From Lama glama (taxonomy: Eukaryota), in contig CM052840.1 of NCBI GenBank assembly GCA_028534125.1, positions 29,326,001 through 29,390,000 on the forward strand: DNA of 64,000 bases, in the 5' to 3' direction. How positions within the stretch are numbered: the first letter of the stretch is position 1; every line of letters begins with the position of its first letter. Positions 12,277 to 24,899 of the stretch are shown piece after piece. The translations under genes and the position numbers were made by a program. The notes under the pieces were generated by a model. That model was not told the DNA's origin. It was given only the letters and a program-made list of their open reading frames with translations, and did not search any database.

Positions 12277-12377
12277 TTTTCTTTTCTTTTTTTAAAACTT
12301 TTAATGGAGGTGCTGGGGATTGAACCAGGACCTCGCACATGCCAAGCACGTGCTCGACCACTGAGCTTGCCCTCCCC
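12277..12377 (-). mobile_element. tRNA-Ala-derived SINE (camelid Vic-1 type)
   Basis: Minus strand GGGGAGGGCAAGCTCAGTGGTCGAGCACGTGCTTGGCATGTGCGAGGTCCTGGTTCAATCCCCAGCACCTCCA plus an A-rich tail; A and B boxes visible. Confidence 0.85.
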
Positions 12378-12572
12378 GGTAAGTTCTGTCTTTCCCCGCC
12401 CAGGCCGAGGCCTGTGGATGGTGAGCTGGCGCGGGCCATCCTGCGTGCTTGCCCCCCAGTGCCTTTTACAGCACAGCACTCCGCCCTTGGACTTCAGAAA
12501 CCCGAAGGTCACAGAAGTAGAATTTGGGGTCTAGGATTTATTTCCAGGATTTCAAAGCTATTACATGAGATC

Positions 12573-12695
12573 TAATGGAAAAGAATCTGAAAAATATACA
12601 TATGTATGTACGCATATGCATAACTGAATCACTTTGCTGTCCACCTGAAACTAACATTGTAAATCAACTGCACTTCAATAAAAAATAAAAATTAA
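12573..12695 (+). mobile_element. 5'-truncated L1 3' end (cetartiodactyl-type)
   Basis: taatggaaaagaatctgaaaaa...ataactgaatcactttgctgtccacctgaaactaac...cttcaataaaaaa. Confidence 0.85.
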
Positions 12696-13217
12696 TAAGA
12701 CAAATTTTAAAAGAACTATTACAGGAAATCCTATGTGATGCACTAAGGTCTCAGAGACTAACCACCAGATCAAGTTTCTTCGCCTTGGTCTGAAACGAAG
12801 CCAGCTGAGAGGGTAACGGTTGGTTATCCCCTGCTGAACAGCTCTGAGTGAGTTTTCATGATTAACTGTTAAAAGGCAAAAACAAAACACAGGAGTGCTT
12901 AGACCTTAGAAAAACAAGTTGTCTGCCGCTGACATCTCCAGGAGCCCCCGCCCGGGGAGGCGGGGCGGGCACAGCGGGGGTGGGGTCTGCGGCCCGGCCG
13001 GCCGGGGCTGGCCTCGCCGCTGTGGAGGGGTCGGCCCGGAGAGCACTGGACACCCCAGCCGCCTCGGTATTTACGCTCCTTACCATACATGGGAATTGCT
13101 CAGTGCTGACGTCAGACAAATTCCTGGGGTGCTGCGTAGTCACGGCCACAGGAATTCCTGACGACTGGGAACCGCAGGCAGAGGCCGGTACCCAGCCCCC
13201 CCCCACCTCCAGCCCCG

Positions 13218-13218
<1 letters not shown>

Positions 13219-13250
<32 letters not shown>

Positions 13251-13262
13251 TCTGTGTGTGTG
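13219..13262. repeat. Interrupted (TG)n microsatellite
   Basis: (TG)15 TCTC (TG)5. Confidence 0.95.
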
Positions 13263-13621
13263 TTTTCTTTGAGCAGGCTCTTTTCCAGGCTTCCTTTCCT
13301 TCCTGCAAACCTGGCACCAAAATTCAAACACACATCAGACCTGGTGAAAGCAGACCTCCTGGGACCCGCTCCCCTCCTCCCAGGCCAGGCCGCAGGGTTA
13401 CGACCCAGAGGTCAGGAGTTCTAGCCTGACTCCATCCACGTGCACACCGGCAGAGCCACATCTTCCTTCAGTCGTTTAGAAGCCACTGTAAAGTCTTTTG
13501 TAGCGCGCGCGTGTTTCGCCAGTGGCAGGCACGTCCTTGGCGAGCTGGCCCAGAAATAGGAAATGTGGCAGAGGAGCGAGAAACCCTGACGTGGGGACGG
13601 GGCTCGGGTTCGGGAAGGCGT

Positions 13622-13780
13622 CTGCCTGGGTCTGAATGGCGGCTGCAACTCTGAGCAAGTTACTAACCGCCTCTGAGCCTCAGTGTCTCATCTGTAAGAT
13701 GGGGAGCAGCCGTCCCTACCGCGCAGATGCCCGGGTGACACATGCCAAGGATGCAGGCCAGGCCCCGTGCCTGGCATCTG
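13622..13780 (+). mobile_element. MIR SINE
   Basis: gagcaagttactaaccgcctctgagcctcagtgtctcatctgtaagatggg is the MIR core. Confidence 0.75.
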
Positions 13781-15329
13781 CCTACCATCCTCTCAGGAAA
13801 AGGCCAACCCAACACTCACCCTCCTGTTTCGGGCCTCTCTCCGTATTTGCCGACACACCTGAGGAGCAGCAAATGGTGACCTTTATTCTCACCAGAGCCT
13901 CGAAATGTTTACGCAAGACTTCGTCCTCACCAAGCCAGCCTCTCACCATCAGCCACCTCACAGACGTGTAAACTTCAGCAGCCTCTCATGATGGCCTGGC
14001 TTTCCCACAGCCGACCCACAGTGAACAGAAACGTCGCCTCCTTTCCCTCACCTGGTCCTCAGTCCCACTCACAGAGGACACCTGGCCGGTAACCATTTGC
14101 AGGGTTCGTGAGTGTCCAGGAGGGCAGCTCAGTCCTACCCGATTCGTGCACCAAATATTTACCGATCACCAACCAGGTGCCAACACTACACTCCCAGGCT
14201 GGGAGGACCTGCCAGCTCACGAATGTTTGCCATGAGAAGTGAAAACACCTGGGCCGGAAGGCAGGCGCTCGGCAGACCCGAGGCTGAGGCTGGCGCACTG
14301 CTGTCTTGTTTTATTAGCAGCCCCGTAGCAGGGGTGGCGGGCCCGCTTTCAGCCTCTCCGCTGTGTCCGCCTCGACCCTCCACACTGGGCAGTGCTGCCC
14401 CTCCCCCTCCCTGGCCCCCAGCACACCCTCTGTGGGCTAAACTTCCTTGTCTGCCTGTCCCCTGACCTGCCCCAGATTTCCACCTGAGGCATATGGTCAT
14501 TCTCTGGGAGACCATGAGCAGTACGAGGCTGGATTCAGCCTCAAGGACAGTCCCTCCTGCAAGAGATGGCCTTCCCCCCACCCCCACTGGTGTCCACCTT
14601 GAACATGAGGGGCCGAAGGTGAGTGACAGCAGGGGCCGCTCAGCAGCCTTCCCCAAATCCTACTGGGGAGAAATCCCCAGCCTGCCCTCCAAGATAAGAC
14701 GGGCAGCCACACCTCCAGCCTCCTTAGCTTCCGGGGAGGCTGGGGGGAGGCTGAGCCCCACTGGGTCCCAGGTCTGCGCAGTGCATTCCCAGCACCACCC
14801 CTCAGTGGGACTGAGCACAAGAGGTCAAGTCACTTGTCCCAGACCAGCCAAGCACTCAGTGGCAAATCCAGCTGTGGAGACCAGGTCAGTCTGCCGTCCA
14901 ACAGTCTCCCACTGAGCCGGGTGGACTTCCTGGAGCAGCTGCTGTGCCGGGATCCCCAGGTGGAGCCCCCTCAGCTGGGAGGCGCCTGCCCCTCCATTCA
15001 CCCCCAGGAGCAGGGGTGATGGCCAGAGCCCAGGCCTCAAGGGAAGGGCTGAGCCCACCTACGCTCCTGCCTAGACCCAGGTCTGGATTAGATCAATACA
15101 CAGGGCAGGAGTTTGCAGAACCCGCCGAGCGGAATGAGAGTAGGTGAAACGCTCACTTCTAGGTTTCTGGCGGGCAACGCACCGCAGCTTGCTGTAAGTG
15201 TGCTAACTCCGGCCCCTTTCTCGCCCCCGGGCTTCAGGGGCTGAGGCCGCCAGACACTGCGTTCCTTCAGGCCTGGGTGACCACCCCACGCAGCACCAAA
15301 GCGCAGGGGGGTGGGGGGCTTCCATCTCG

Positions 15330-16120
15330 TCGTTTAGGAAGAGTGAAACTCGCACCTGCGCCCCAGGCACGGCCGCCCCAGGCCGGGCGAGGCCAGATGT
15401 TCCCCGCCCTACCCGCGGGCACGTTCTCCCGGGGCAGGAGGGGGGTGGCACGGATGCCCTCACCCCTGGCGGTACAATGAGCGTCAGTGCGCGCAGAATC
15501 GCCGATTGTTCCGCCGGGGGAACTGCAGGCGATGGGGAGGCGAGGGGGGAGCCGGGCCGTCCCGGGTCAGGGGCACATGGGGGCCCTTTGTGTCCGGGGA
15601 CCCGGGGGCGGGGAGAGGCCCTGCGCCTCCTGGACAGAGAGCCGCGGCCACTTCGCCCCCCTCCTCGGCCCGCGCCGGCCTCGGTCGCACTTCCTTGCGA
15701 CCGTCCCCGCAGCCACCCGGCGCGGCGGGGCGGCCAGGCGGGGGGCTCCACGCGCGCGGAGGGCCCCGGACGCACTCACCTGGCGGCGGGCGGCGCGCGG
15801 CGGGCGGCGGGCGGGCGGCGGGCAGGCAGCGCTCTGCAAGCCGAGCCGGGCGTGTCCGGCCCGCGCGCTGCGCGCCCGTTTTGTTCCGCTCCGGGAGGGC
15901 GTGTCCCGGCCACGCCAACCAGTGGGCTTTGCACACTGCACCACGGCAGCGCCAGTGTCACCACCCGGGGCTGATGTCACCGCACCGGCGCCGAGGCCGC
16001 GGCGCCGCCCCCAGACCCCGGGCGGCGCCGCGGGGACCCCCGTGCGCCCCACCGCTGCGGAAGCAGCGTCTCACACGTGCCCGGAACTTGCGGGGGTTCC
16101 CTGGCAGCCGGATGCGAGGG
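15330..16120 (-). promoter_or_regulatory. CSRP1: CpG-island, TATA-less promoter of CSRP1
   Basis: Very high CpG density; SP/KLF-type GGGCGTGTCC at about 15848 and 15897; surrounds the exon-1 donor. Confidence 0.85.
15780..15870 (-). other. CSRP1: CSRP1 non-coding exon 1 (5' end approximate)
   Basis: Perfect donor CCAG|gtgagt at 15780/15779 inside a CpG island, with a CCG/CCGC-rich 5'UTR. Exon 2 has only 1 nt of UTR, so an upstream exon is required. Confidence 0.8.
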
Positions 16121-18429
16121 TGGAGACAGAGGTGATCTGAGAGCTAAAGACTGCTGATAAACTTGTGACACAAGAGAAGGGGGAGTCTCACGTTTCGCAT
16201 CCTGGTGGCAGAGTGTCAGGGACACATTTGGGCGCCAGGGGAAGACAGCCCTGAGCTCTGATCCCGCCCCTTCCGCGTACTAGCTGGTCCCCTGGCCCAG
16301 ACTCCCCGCCCCTAGGCCTCAGGTTCTGCATCTGGGAAGCGGGTGTAACCACAGGGATGTTCGGGGTGGGCGGGCAGGAGAGACGGGATAGGAGTCGTAA
16401 ACCTTCAGCAGTGGCTCTGGATGAGTACAGCTGCCCCTCCAACAGCCCTGGTCCTCAGCCTTCCCAGAGCTTCCCTGCTGTTCACAGGAGGACACACCAC
16501 TCCACGAAAACAGCAGCTCTGAGAAGCCGGTCGGCCTGCAAGCATCAGTGTGATGGACACAAGCTCCAGCCACTCAGAGCTGCCCTGAGGCGGTCGCCAG
16601 TGGTGAGCCGCCCTTACCAGCTCCCAGCCCTTCCCCAGCCGGCGCCTGCTGCCCCATTTCGGAGAGTGGAGACGCTCCACCTGGAGGAACTGCCGCCAAG
16701 GTCAGGGTGGAGCCTCCACCTCTTTCCTGGAGGCAGGAACAGCCCAGGAACCCAGTGCGCCGACGGAGAAGGCGGTCCCCGGGGAGGCAGGGCCCAGATG
16801 GGGAACAGAGGAGCCAGGTCCTAACGGAAGGTGCCATTTCCTCCCCCAGCGGTCCTACCTGCCCCGCTTAAGGCGCCCGCCCTTTGGGCCTGGTGGATCT
16901 GGACCCGGAGGAACGTGCGAGTCTGAGAAACTGGTGTTCCCGGGGTGGGAGAGCCTCGGGGCACAGAGCCCCTTCTCCTCGTTTGTGGCCTTGGTGGCTT
17001 GCTCGCTGCCTTTCGAAGCCAGAAGGGAACTGAGGGCTGGTGGTCTCTCCTGTCCTCTGCGTTGAATCACAGCGTTTGCACTGAGTGCAGACCGAGTGGG
17101 GCACAAAGCACACTCGTAGGATGTTGGGGACACACGGCGCTGCGGTGGCGTGCGTGGCGTGGTGTCTGTGCCACTTTCTCCAGCATCTCCGTGAGAAGGA
17201 AGCCCCCTTCTGCCCAGCGCGGCTCCTGGGGCAGCTCCTGGGGGTCTGCTGGCAGCCGCTCGCTGCCCCCGCAGTTCACCCATCGCTGCAGCTCCTGCCC
17301 CCTCCAGCACAGGCGGGCGTCAAGGGCTCCAGCCCTCACAGACTTCATCTGAAGCCCTGGGTTACTGAGTCAACCCTCTTCCAGGAATAAGGTTCACCTT
17401 CTAATCCTCGGGGAAGGCCTAGAAAAAGGCAGCTGCACCTGGATTCGCCGGGAGGCCCTTCGAGCACCTTGTGGATGGAGTGGCAGTGGAGCCCTGCCAG
17501 CGGGAGGGCTTCCGAGTTTGGATGGGACAGTGCTGGCACGACACTAAGGCAGAAGGACCGTCCCAGGCAGACCAGGCCGCACGGTCACCCTTGTGTCTGC
17601 CTAAAGACTGCGGCATGGCGCCTGTCTCTGGAGCGGTGGAGACAGGCGTGGAGACGGAGGAAGCCACGGAGGCCCTGCCTGCCTGCCGCCAACCGTCCGG
17701 CCTTGGGCTTGTATCTCGGATCGCCTGTTTGCCGATGAAGACGACTCAGGGGGTCTCCAAGGACTTGGGGCTGAAGTGAGTCACAGGTGTGCCGGGGTCA
17801 TCAACCGTGCAGACAGGCAGGCGATGCTGACATCACGGAGGGGCCGGGAGCCCGTCATGCAGCACACGGGGGACGTCACGCATGCGGAAACTGGGGACAG
17901 AGACGCTCGTTCTGGCTGACCTCAGTTACATACCTGTGCCCAGGCTGGCTCCGCCCGCGGCAACCCACCCCTCCTCACCTGGACCGCAGCCAGAGGTCAC
18001 CACCAGGAGGTTCTCCAGACGCAGGGCTTCTGGAAGGAGGCCCGGCACTCACAGGGGCCGGGCTGCTTCTCTGGACTTCCCTAAATGTCTAAACTTTCCA
18101 GGACCCTCATCTGCTCTCCGCGCTCAGCGCAGTGCCTCTGGGCTGGTTCCTGACTCCCGGTGTGCAGCAGAGAGTACCCCGGGCAGGCAGGTGGCTCCTG
18201 CCCTCCAGCCCCCAGCTTCCCTGCTGCCCCCTGCTCCTCCTCCCTCCTCAGCACCCTGACTTCGGCTTCTCTCTCCCTTCCTGCTGTGAAGTAGTCTCTC
18301 TCCTCCTGGATCCCAGGTAGGGGAACGTGAGTGTGAGGCTGGGGTGGGAAGTGAGGGATGTGGCTGGCTCTGCTCTGTGCACCGTCCCAGAGAGCCCAGA
18401 GGGCCAGGCTGGCCGGGCACTTCTCATTT

Positions 18430-19600
18430 GTCCCTCCATCTGTCCCTCTGCCCATCCTTTCAGCAGACATTTATTGAGGTCCTGCTCTGTGCCAGTCTTG
18501 TACTCTGGTGCTGGGGACATGAGGGAGAATAGGATTTGGAGCCACCTTCAAGGAGCTTACAAGCTAGTGGGTAAACCAGTATCAGGCCCCCCTGTCTTTC
18601 AGGGGCGTGAAGGAAGGGCTGTAGAGGGCAGCACGTAGACCAAGGACCAATGCTTAATTCTCCTCCCTGGGGGAGGACACGGGGTCAGGAAGTTTTCACA
18701 GAGAAATGAGATAGGAATGGAGTCTTGGAAGATGAGCGAGAATTGGCCGAGATGGAAGGAGAAGGGGCAAGAGCCTGGGTCAGCTTCGCTCAGCCAGGGA
18801 ACTGCAGGCGCACCGGCAGAGCTGACACCTGGGGCAAACGACAAAGCACCGTGAGAGACAGGCTGGCAGGTAGGCGGGGACCAGAAGAACACGGTGGCTG
18901 TTGTCCGCCACCCGAAGGAGGGTGGACTGTCCTGAGGGCAGTGGGAGCCTTGGAGCATCCTAGGCAGGGAAATGGTGAGGTCAGTTTCAAAGCATTTTGG
19001 GAAGATGCTATGAGTTTGCGAGAATGGCCGAGGAGAAGAGGGCGAGGCATGGGGGCACTACTGCAATGGTCCAGGAAGATGATGAGCTGGCCGAGCCCGG
19101 GGGTGGGAAGAAGGTGGTGGGTTTGAGACTTGTTCAGGAGGCAGCATCTGCTGGACTTGATGACAGGGTGGCTTCTCGGGGGTGGTTCCCGAGTGCGGCA
19201 GAAAGGAAGGGAGGAGCACCTTGCCAAGACAGGAGATCTGAGAGGGAGGGAGGGTGAACTCCGTCTTAGATTTGTTGGATTTGAGATGCTCAGTAAGAAC
19301 CAAGTGGACATGTCCAGCAGGCAGCTGGATGCAGAGGGCAGAAGAGGGGCCAGGGCTGGGGGTGGAGACATGGGGTCCTTGGTCTGGAGAGGGCTTGAGG
19401 AGAGGGGCAGGAGCAGGGCCCCAGGGGACACCAACCCTTGCGGGTGGCAGAGAGCCCACAGGGGACACCGAGGCGCAGGGAGAAAACCCGGGATGCAGAG
19501 GCCGAGGGAGAGCTTCAAGGGGTGGGGGGGAGGCACAGGCTGGCCTTCCCGAGAGGCCTGGAGATGCCTGGGGAGGAGGTCTAGAGAGGCGAGGGTGGCG
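18430..19600 (-). mobile_element. L2 LINE fragment
   Basis: cagacatttattgaggtcctgctctgtgccag (L2 3' end) through tttgagatgctcagtaagaaccaagtggacatgtccagcaggcagctgga. Confidence 0.75.
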
Positions 19601-19939
19601 GTGAGGCATTTAGGGCTGCGCCCACGCCACCGCCCCTGGACCAGGCAGGGCCAGGCCCCCAGTTCTCACAAGGCTGAGGTTCTGCAGGAGCTGCCCAGGT
19701 GCACGTGGGAACCTGAGGGTCCAGGAGGAAAGACACAGATGAAAACGTTGTCCGCACGTCCCAGGGGTAGTCACAGCCACCGCTGATCCAGACCCGAGAA
19801 AACAGCAGGGCCCTTGGGTGGCCAGGCCGCGAGGCTTGAAGGGAGCCGGGGCAGAGCTGGCGTTGGGAGTCTCAGCTCCCCCATCGATAACCTAGAATAA
19901 CAGTAACCACAACTGTGCTGGTCACGGGGATGCCTTTGA

Positions 19940-20380
19940 GGTGCATGGAGACATCGAATCGCGTGTTGTGCACCAGAACTAACGTAGCGCCATAGGCCGA
20001 TTACACTTCCCCAAACGAACAGAGAAGCTGATAAGAGACCAGATGTGTGGTTCCCAGAGAGGGGGCACAGGGAGGGGACGGGAGGAGGGCAGTCAGGGGC
20101 GCAGACTGCCAGGTACAAGTGATGCGAGGTATGGCGCGGGCGAGATGATCAGCGCTGCTGTGTGCTGCAGGTGAGAGCTGTCGGGAGTAAATCCTGAGTT
20201 CTCGCCACAAGGGAAACAGTTCTCTCTCTCTTTAATGTTGTGTCTCCATGAGCGGATGGACATTCACTAGACTCACTGTGGTCATCATTTCATGGTGCAC
20301 CTAAGTCAGGTCATCATGCTGTGCCCCTGACACTTGCACAGCGCTGTGTGTCAGCTACATCTCCATAAAGCTGGATAAAT
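19940..20380 (+). mobile_element. L1 3' UTR fragment (L1MA-like), GC-shifted
   Basis: gtaaatcctgagttctcgccacaaggg...ctgtggtcatcatttc...tcagctacatctccataaagctgg. Confidence 0.7.
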
Positions 20381-22129
20381 GACATCAGGGCTGACAAATA
20401 ACCACTGAGCGCTAGCCGCCCGCCAGGCCCTTCACAGCCGTCTCCGTGGCTGGATGTCGAGGACCATTTTCACCCCCTCTTAGGGACGTGAGGTGCCCAT
20501 GCGACCAGGATCCAGGCCCCACTTCTCCTCGTGTGTGCAGTGCCGGCTTGGACTAGGTCAGCCCGCTCCCAGGGATCTGAAGTCTTCGGTTTTATTGTCA
20601 AAAAATGTTTCGATTTTGCCTCCTCCTTTGCAGATACCTGTTGTTTGTTTTAATAAAAAGATAAAATTGAAAATGACTTACAATAAGAGAAGCGGAGGTT
20701 CTTGGGGAATGTGGCCTGCCAGCCTCGGAGGACTTCGGGCTGTGAGGGCCTGGGGTGGGGGCTCTGGGTCTCCCTGGATCCGGCTCTGCAGTCCTGAGGC
20801 TGTGACAAGGGGGCTGTGGCCTGGATCCTCAGGTTCCCGAGGACTCCCAGAGCCTCCTGGGGTCTGCAGGAGAGATGGGCCCAGCCGGAGGGCCCAAGGC
20901 GAAGGCAAGGGCTGGAAGTCCGTGTGTAAGTGTCAGGAGGATACAGTGCTCGGAGGCAAGAAAGGAGTAGACCTGTGTTAGGAAGCGACGGGGGCACCGC
21001 GGGGCTCCTCGTCAGGAGGCCTGGTGCCCTTTGCACTGTGAAGCACGAAGAGTGTTCCAGGGAGCTGGAGGGGCGATTCCGAGACTCCTGGGGGAGGCCC
21101 AGGGCTAGACCGCAGGGTGTTGCGGAACAGGCTGGCTGAGTTTTCAATGCCCACTTCCCCGTCCCCGCCCTCCACTGCCCCATGGCTGTGGGGCCACTTC
21201 CGCCGCGCCCTCTGTGGCCTGCTGGTCCACACAGGCCTGGCTTCGGGGTGGCGCTCAGGTCGCCGTGGGCGGAGGGGAAGGAGCGGCCGGCAGCTCTGGG
21301 AGAGGCTCTCGCAGACCCACTCGGGTGACCGCAGCCCCTTTGCTCCTGATGCGCCCGGTTCCCTCTTGCTTTAAAGCACGTCTCACCCTGCTCGCCGTTG
21401 CTGCTCCAGCCTCCTCTGTGGTCATCTGGCCAGACCGCAGGGTCTCGGCAATGATGTAGACCTCTGACTTCTGTCCCGTCAGGGGGGTCGTAAGAAACGA
21501 GACCCGAGATGGAAGAAGGGGCTGGACGACAACCCAGACGAGCACAGGAGGCGGGCGCTCACTGGCGGGAGGCCCGGGGCAGGGCTGCGGCTCGCTCTGC
21601 TCCGCAGCGCCCCTGAGCCTGGCCTGGGGAGGTGCAGGGTGAGCGCTTCCCCGACTCGACCGGGGGCGAGGCTGCCACCCGCCGGTGGACTTGTGAAGTA
21701 CACCCGCCCGGGCCTCCCAGCCTAAGCGGCCCTTCACTGAAGGTGGGTAAGCCCCCACTTGGACAACCCTTTTCCACTAGCACCACTCAATACTTAAGTC
21801 TTCTGACTCTCATTTGAGACATCCCGGGTTCTTAGCGGAGAAGCCAAAAGTGTCCCTGGGCACTCTGAAGGGAGTGGAAGCTTGTTTGGCTCAGGACCCC
21901 TCTCCTCAGGGGCGAAGGTTCTGTCCCCAGGACCCCCACCCCGTCATCCGAGCAGCACGAGGAGTCGCGATTCCCAGGGGGAGGGGAGAGGTGTGCAACG
22001 CACGTTCTGCGGGAGGCCGGTGCAGGCCGGGGCACTGGGGGCTCAGGCGGGGACCCTCCCCTGCAGGGGTCGGGGAGGCTTCACTGAGCTGTTAGCACAC
22101 TCATGAGCTGGGCAGTGTGGAAAGGAACC

Positions 22130-22625
22130 GAGTTCTGGCTACCTGCCGCAGTGCGGTGAGTCACCCCGAACTCAGTAGCTTTTAACCACAGCCCTTCTTT
22201 TTGTGTCTCGTGGTTCTGGGGTTTACGAGCTGAGCTGGATCGTTCTTGCTCAGACCTCGCATGTGAGGCAGTCAGGCGATAGCTGGCTGGGGTCGTCACG
22301 GAGACTCCCTGCCCACGTGGCCAGCGGCTGATGCTGGCTGCAGTGGGAACCCTGTGGGTAAGCTCTCCAGGAGGCCAGGCTGGGCTCCAAGGACAGGCGC
22401 TCTGGGAGGGGGCCAGGAGGAAGCTGCCTGGCCTCTTGGACCAGCTGCAAAGGCGCGGAGCACAGCTCCCCCAGCACGTGGTGAGGTGAGGCGGCCACGA
22501 AGCCCACCCCGTCCCAGGGAAGCGGGCCCAGACCTCGCCTCTGGCTGTGCGCGCGGCAGGTTCTGGGGGAGCACGTGGGGTGGGGAATATTACTGCAGCC
22601 CTTTTTGGAAAGACAATTTGCCAGA
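22130..22625 (-). mobile_element. MLT1 (MaLR) LTR
   Basis: caccccgaactcagtagcttttaaccac...; ends tttggaaagacaatttgccaga, like MLT1F-type termini. Confidence 0.7.
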
Positions 22626-23939
22626 GGCAGGAAGGTCACTCCAGGTGGATGCCTTCGGTGATGGTGCCTTCAGAGATGCATTTCCTAAGAAAGAAAAGTT
22701 TTTACAGACAGGGCGTTGCTAAGAGAGAACATGAGGTTTTAGAAGTATTCGCTGAGCCGTCTTCACGAAGACTTAGAAATAACATTTCTCTGCAAGGGAG
22801 CCTCTGAGAAAGTGGTAGAAGCAGCCTGAACTTCCGAGGGGGCAGAAGGAGGCTGCGGGTGGCCAAGGCAATGGAGAAGTGGCCCCTGAGAGGGCCCGCC
22901 AGGCGAGGTTCTGCCAAGACTGACTCCCTGAGGGGGAAGAACTGGGTTGGTGTCACCACAGCCAGAGGCCAGGAAGGGCCAGGGACTCTGCCGCAGCCAA
23001 GTCTCTGAGGGCAGCAGCGGGCAGGCCCAAAGCAGGAAACTGGAGCAGCGAGAGGGATGAGAGATGCCCGCAGTCACAAGGTGGCCACCGTTTTGTGTCA
23101 CCCAGGACCAGGGAGCAGTCCTCACGAAGAGTAGGAGCTTGGTCGGAGAGAAGACACAGCCCACAGTTAGAAGGCGGGTTGCCTCGCGATGCCCAGGGAG
23201 TGAGACCCAGGACCCAGCAGAGCACGAGGGCCCCAGGCCCTTGGTGGGAGCAGGCCCGGATGCCAGGACCCTGCGCATCACCCACCAGCCCTTAGGGAAG
23301 AGGGGCTGAGCCGGGGAAGGCGAGGTCGACCTCGGCTGTCTGGGAAACGAGGGGTCCGTCCCCTCAACCCTCAGCAGCTGCTGGGTGTCTCAGAAATGAG
23401 CTTCCAGAGACACGAGGTCTGGGCCCTGAGCCTTTGGCTTCCTTCTCTGTGGTCTTGGGACCCAGGCTGCAGGGGGAGGACCCGCGGTCTCCGCAGGGCG
23501 TGGGGTGCTGAAGCCCACGGCCAGTGCCCCACCCCCACCCCACCCTGCTTCTGAGCACTGGGCGGGGGGGCGCCCCTGAGCCCTGCCTGCAGCTTTGTGC
23601 TGCTTTAGGAAGACGAGGTTTATTCGCAGCCTGGGAGGCGTGGACGTGGCCCCGACAAAAGCTTCCTTTGCTACACAGGGCGAAAGAGAAGCAGGAAGCT
23701 GCGAGCTCTCTGGGGACAGAACCGTGTCTGGGCTCCCTCATGCCCGCTGCCTAGGGTGGCATCTGGTCAGCGTGAGTGAAAAAAGGAAAGAAGAAAAGCA
23801 GGAAGGAAGAACAGAGTCAGAGAATTTCAAAAAAAAGCTGCACCTGGTTTCCTAGTCACACCTGGGCTAGTCACTGCGGGAGACCGCAGCCACCCACACA
23901 GGCCTCTGGTGCATGAGAGCATTTGCTCAGTTGAAAAAC

Positions 23940-24810
23940 CCCAGCTCTGTAGAGACACAGTCTGCACACCATGAAATTTGCCCAGTTAACATGTGCGTTC
24001 CAGTGGCTTTTAGTCGGTTTTCAGGTGTGCAGCTTTGCAACCACCCCCACGATGCTTGCTAGAGCGTTTCATCAACCCGGGGAGAAACCCCGTGCCCGTT
24101 GGCGGCCGCTCTGCCTTTCCCCGACCTCCTCAGCCCTGGGCAGCCCCTCGCCTGCTTCCTGTTTGTTCCGCCCGCTGTGATCATTTCACAAAAATGGAAT
24201 CACAGAGTGTGTGGTTGGCTTCCCTCCCTGAGCACGTGCTCAAGGCTCGCCCACGTCGCAGCAGGTGGCAGCACTTCCTCCCTTCTTGCTCCTGAGTGAC
24301 ACCCCGCTGTGCGGACAGACGCCCATTGCCCCTTCATGGCTCACCAACATTTCCGTTGTTTACGTGTGGGCTATTCCGGGTGACCCTGCTGTGCGTGCTC
24401 ATGTGCAAGGTTCTGTGTGGGTGCGTGTTTCTAGCTCTCTCGGGTGACCACCTGGGACGGGGTTGCTGGGTCACACGGCAACCCTGTTTGACTCTCGAGG
24501 AACGGCTGGTTTTCCGAAGCTGCTGTTCCATTTTATGCCCACACCAGCGCCGCACAAGAGGTCCAGTTTCTCCACGCCCTCACCAGCGCTTCTCATGACC
24601 AGTCTTGGGTTGTAGCCGCCCTACTGGCTGTGAAGCGGCACCTCGCTGAGGCCTTGGCGTGCATCTTCCTGGTGGCTGACGCGGAGCATCCCTTCCTGGG
24701 CTTGTGACCGTTTGTACATCCTCCTTGGAAAATGTCTGTTCAAGTCCTTGGCCGTGGGTAAGCTGAGTTATTTGTCTTTTTGTTGTTAAACAACATTCCT
24801 TAAACCGGGG
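23940..24810 (-). mobile_element. L1MB-like 3' region, strongly GC-shifted
   Basis: aatggaatcacagagtgtgtgg...ttccgaagctgctgttccattttatgcccacaccagc...ggaaaatgtctgttcaagtcctt. Confidence 0.8.
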
Positions 24811-24899
24811 TTCCACAAACGCAGTACCTGGGCACCTGTGAGCTCTCAGTGAGACTCGTTTAATTTGGCGTTTCCGTTTTAATGGACTTCAGATTCTGG

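Noticed and set aside
12305-12377. tRNA-Ala gene
   Set aside because: Degenerate stems, an A-rich tail and no oligo-T terminator directly after the body; it is a SINE.
15203-16140. Overlapping long ORFs over both CpG islands (also 36389-37139)
   Set aside because: Arg/Gly/Ala/Pro-rich artefacts of stop-codon depletion in CpG islands.
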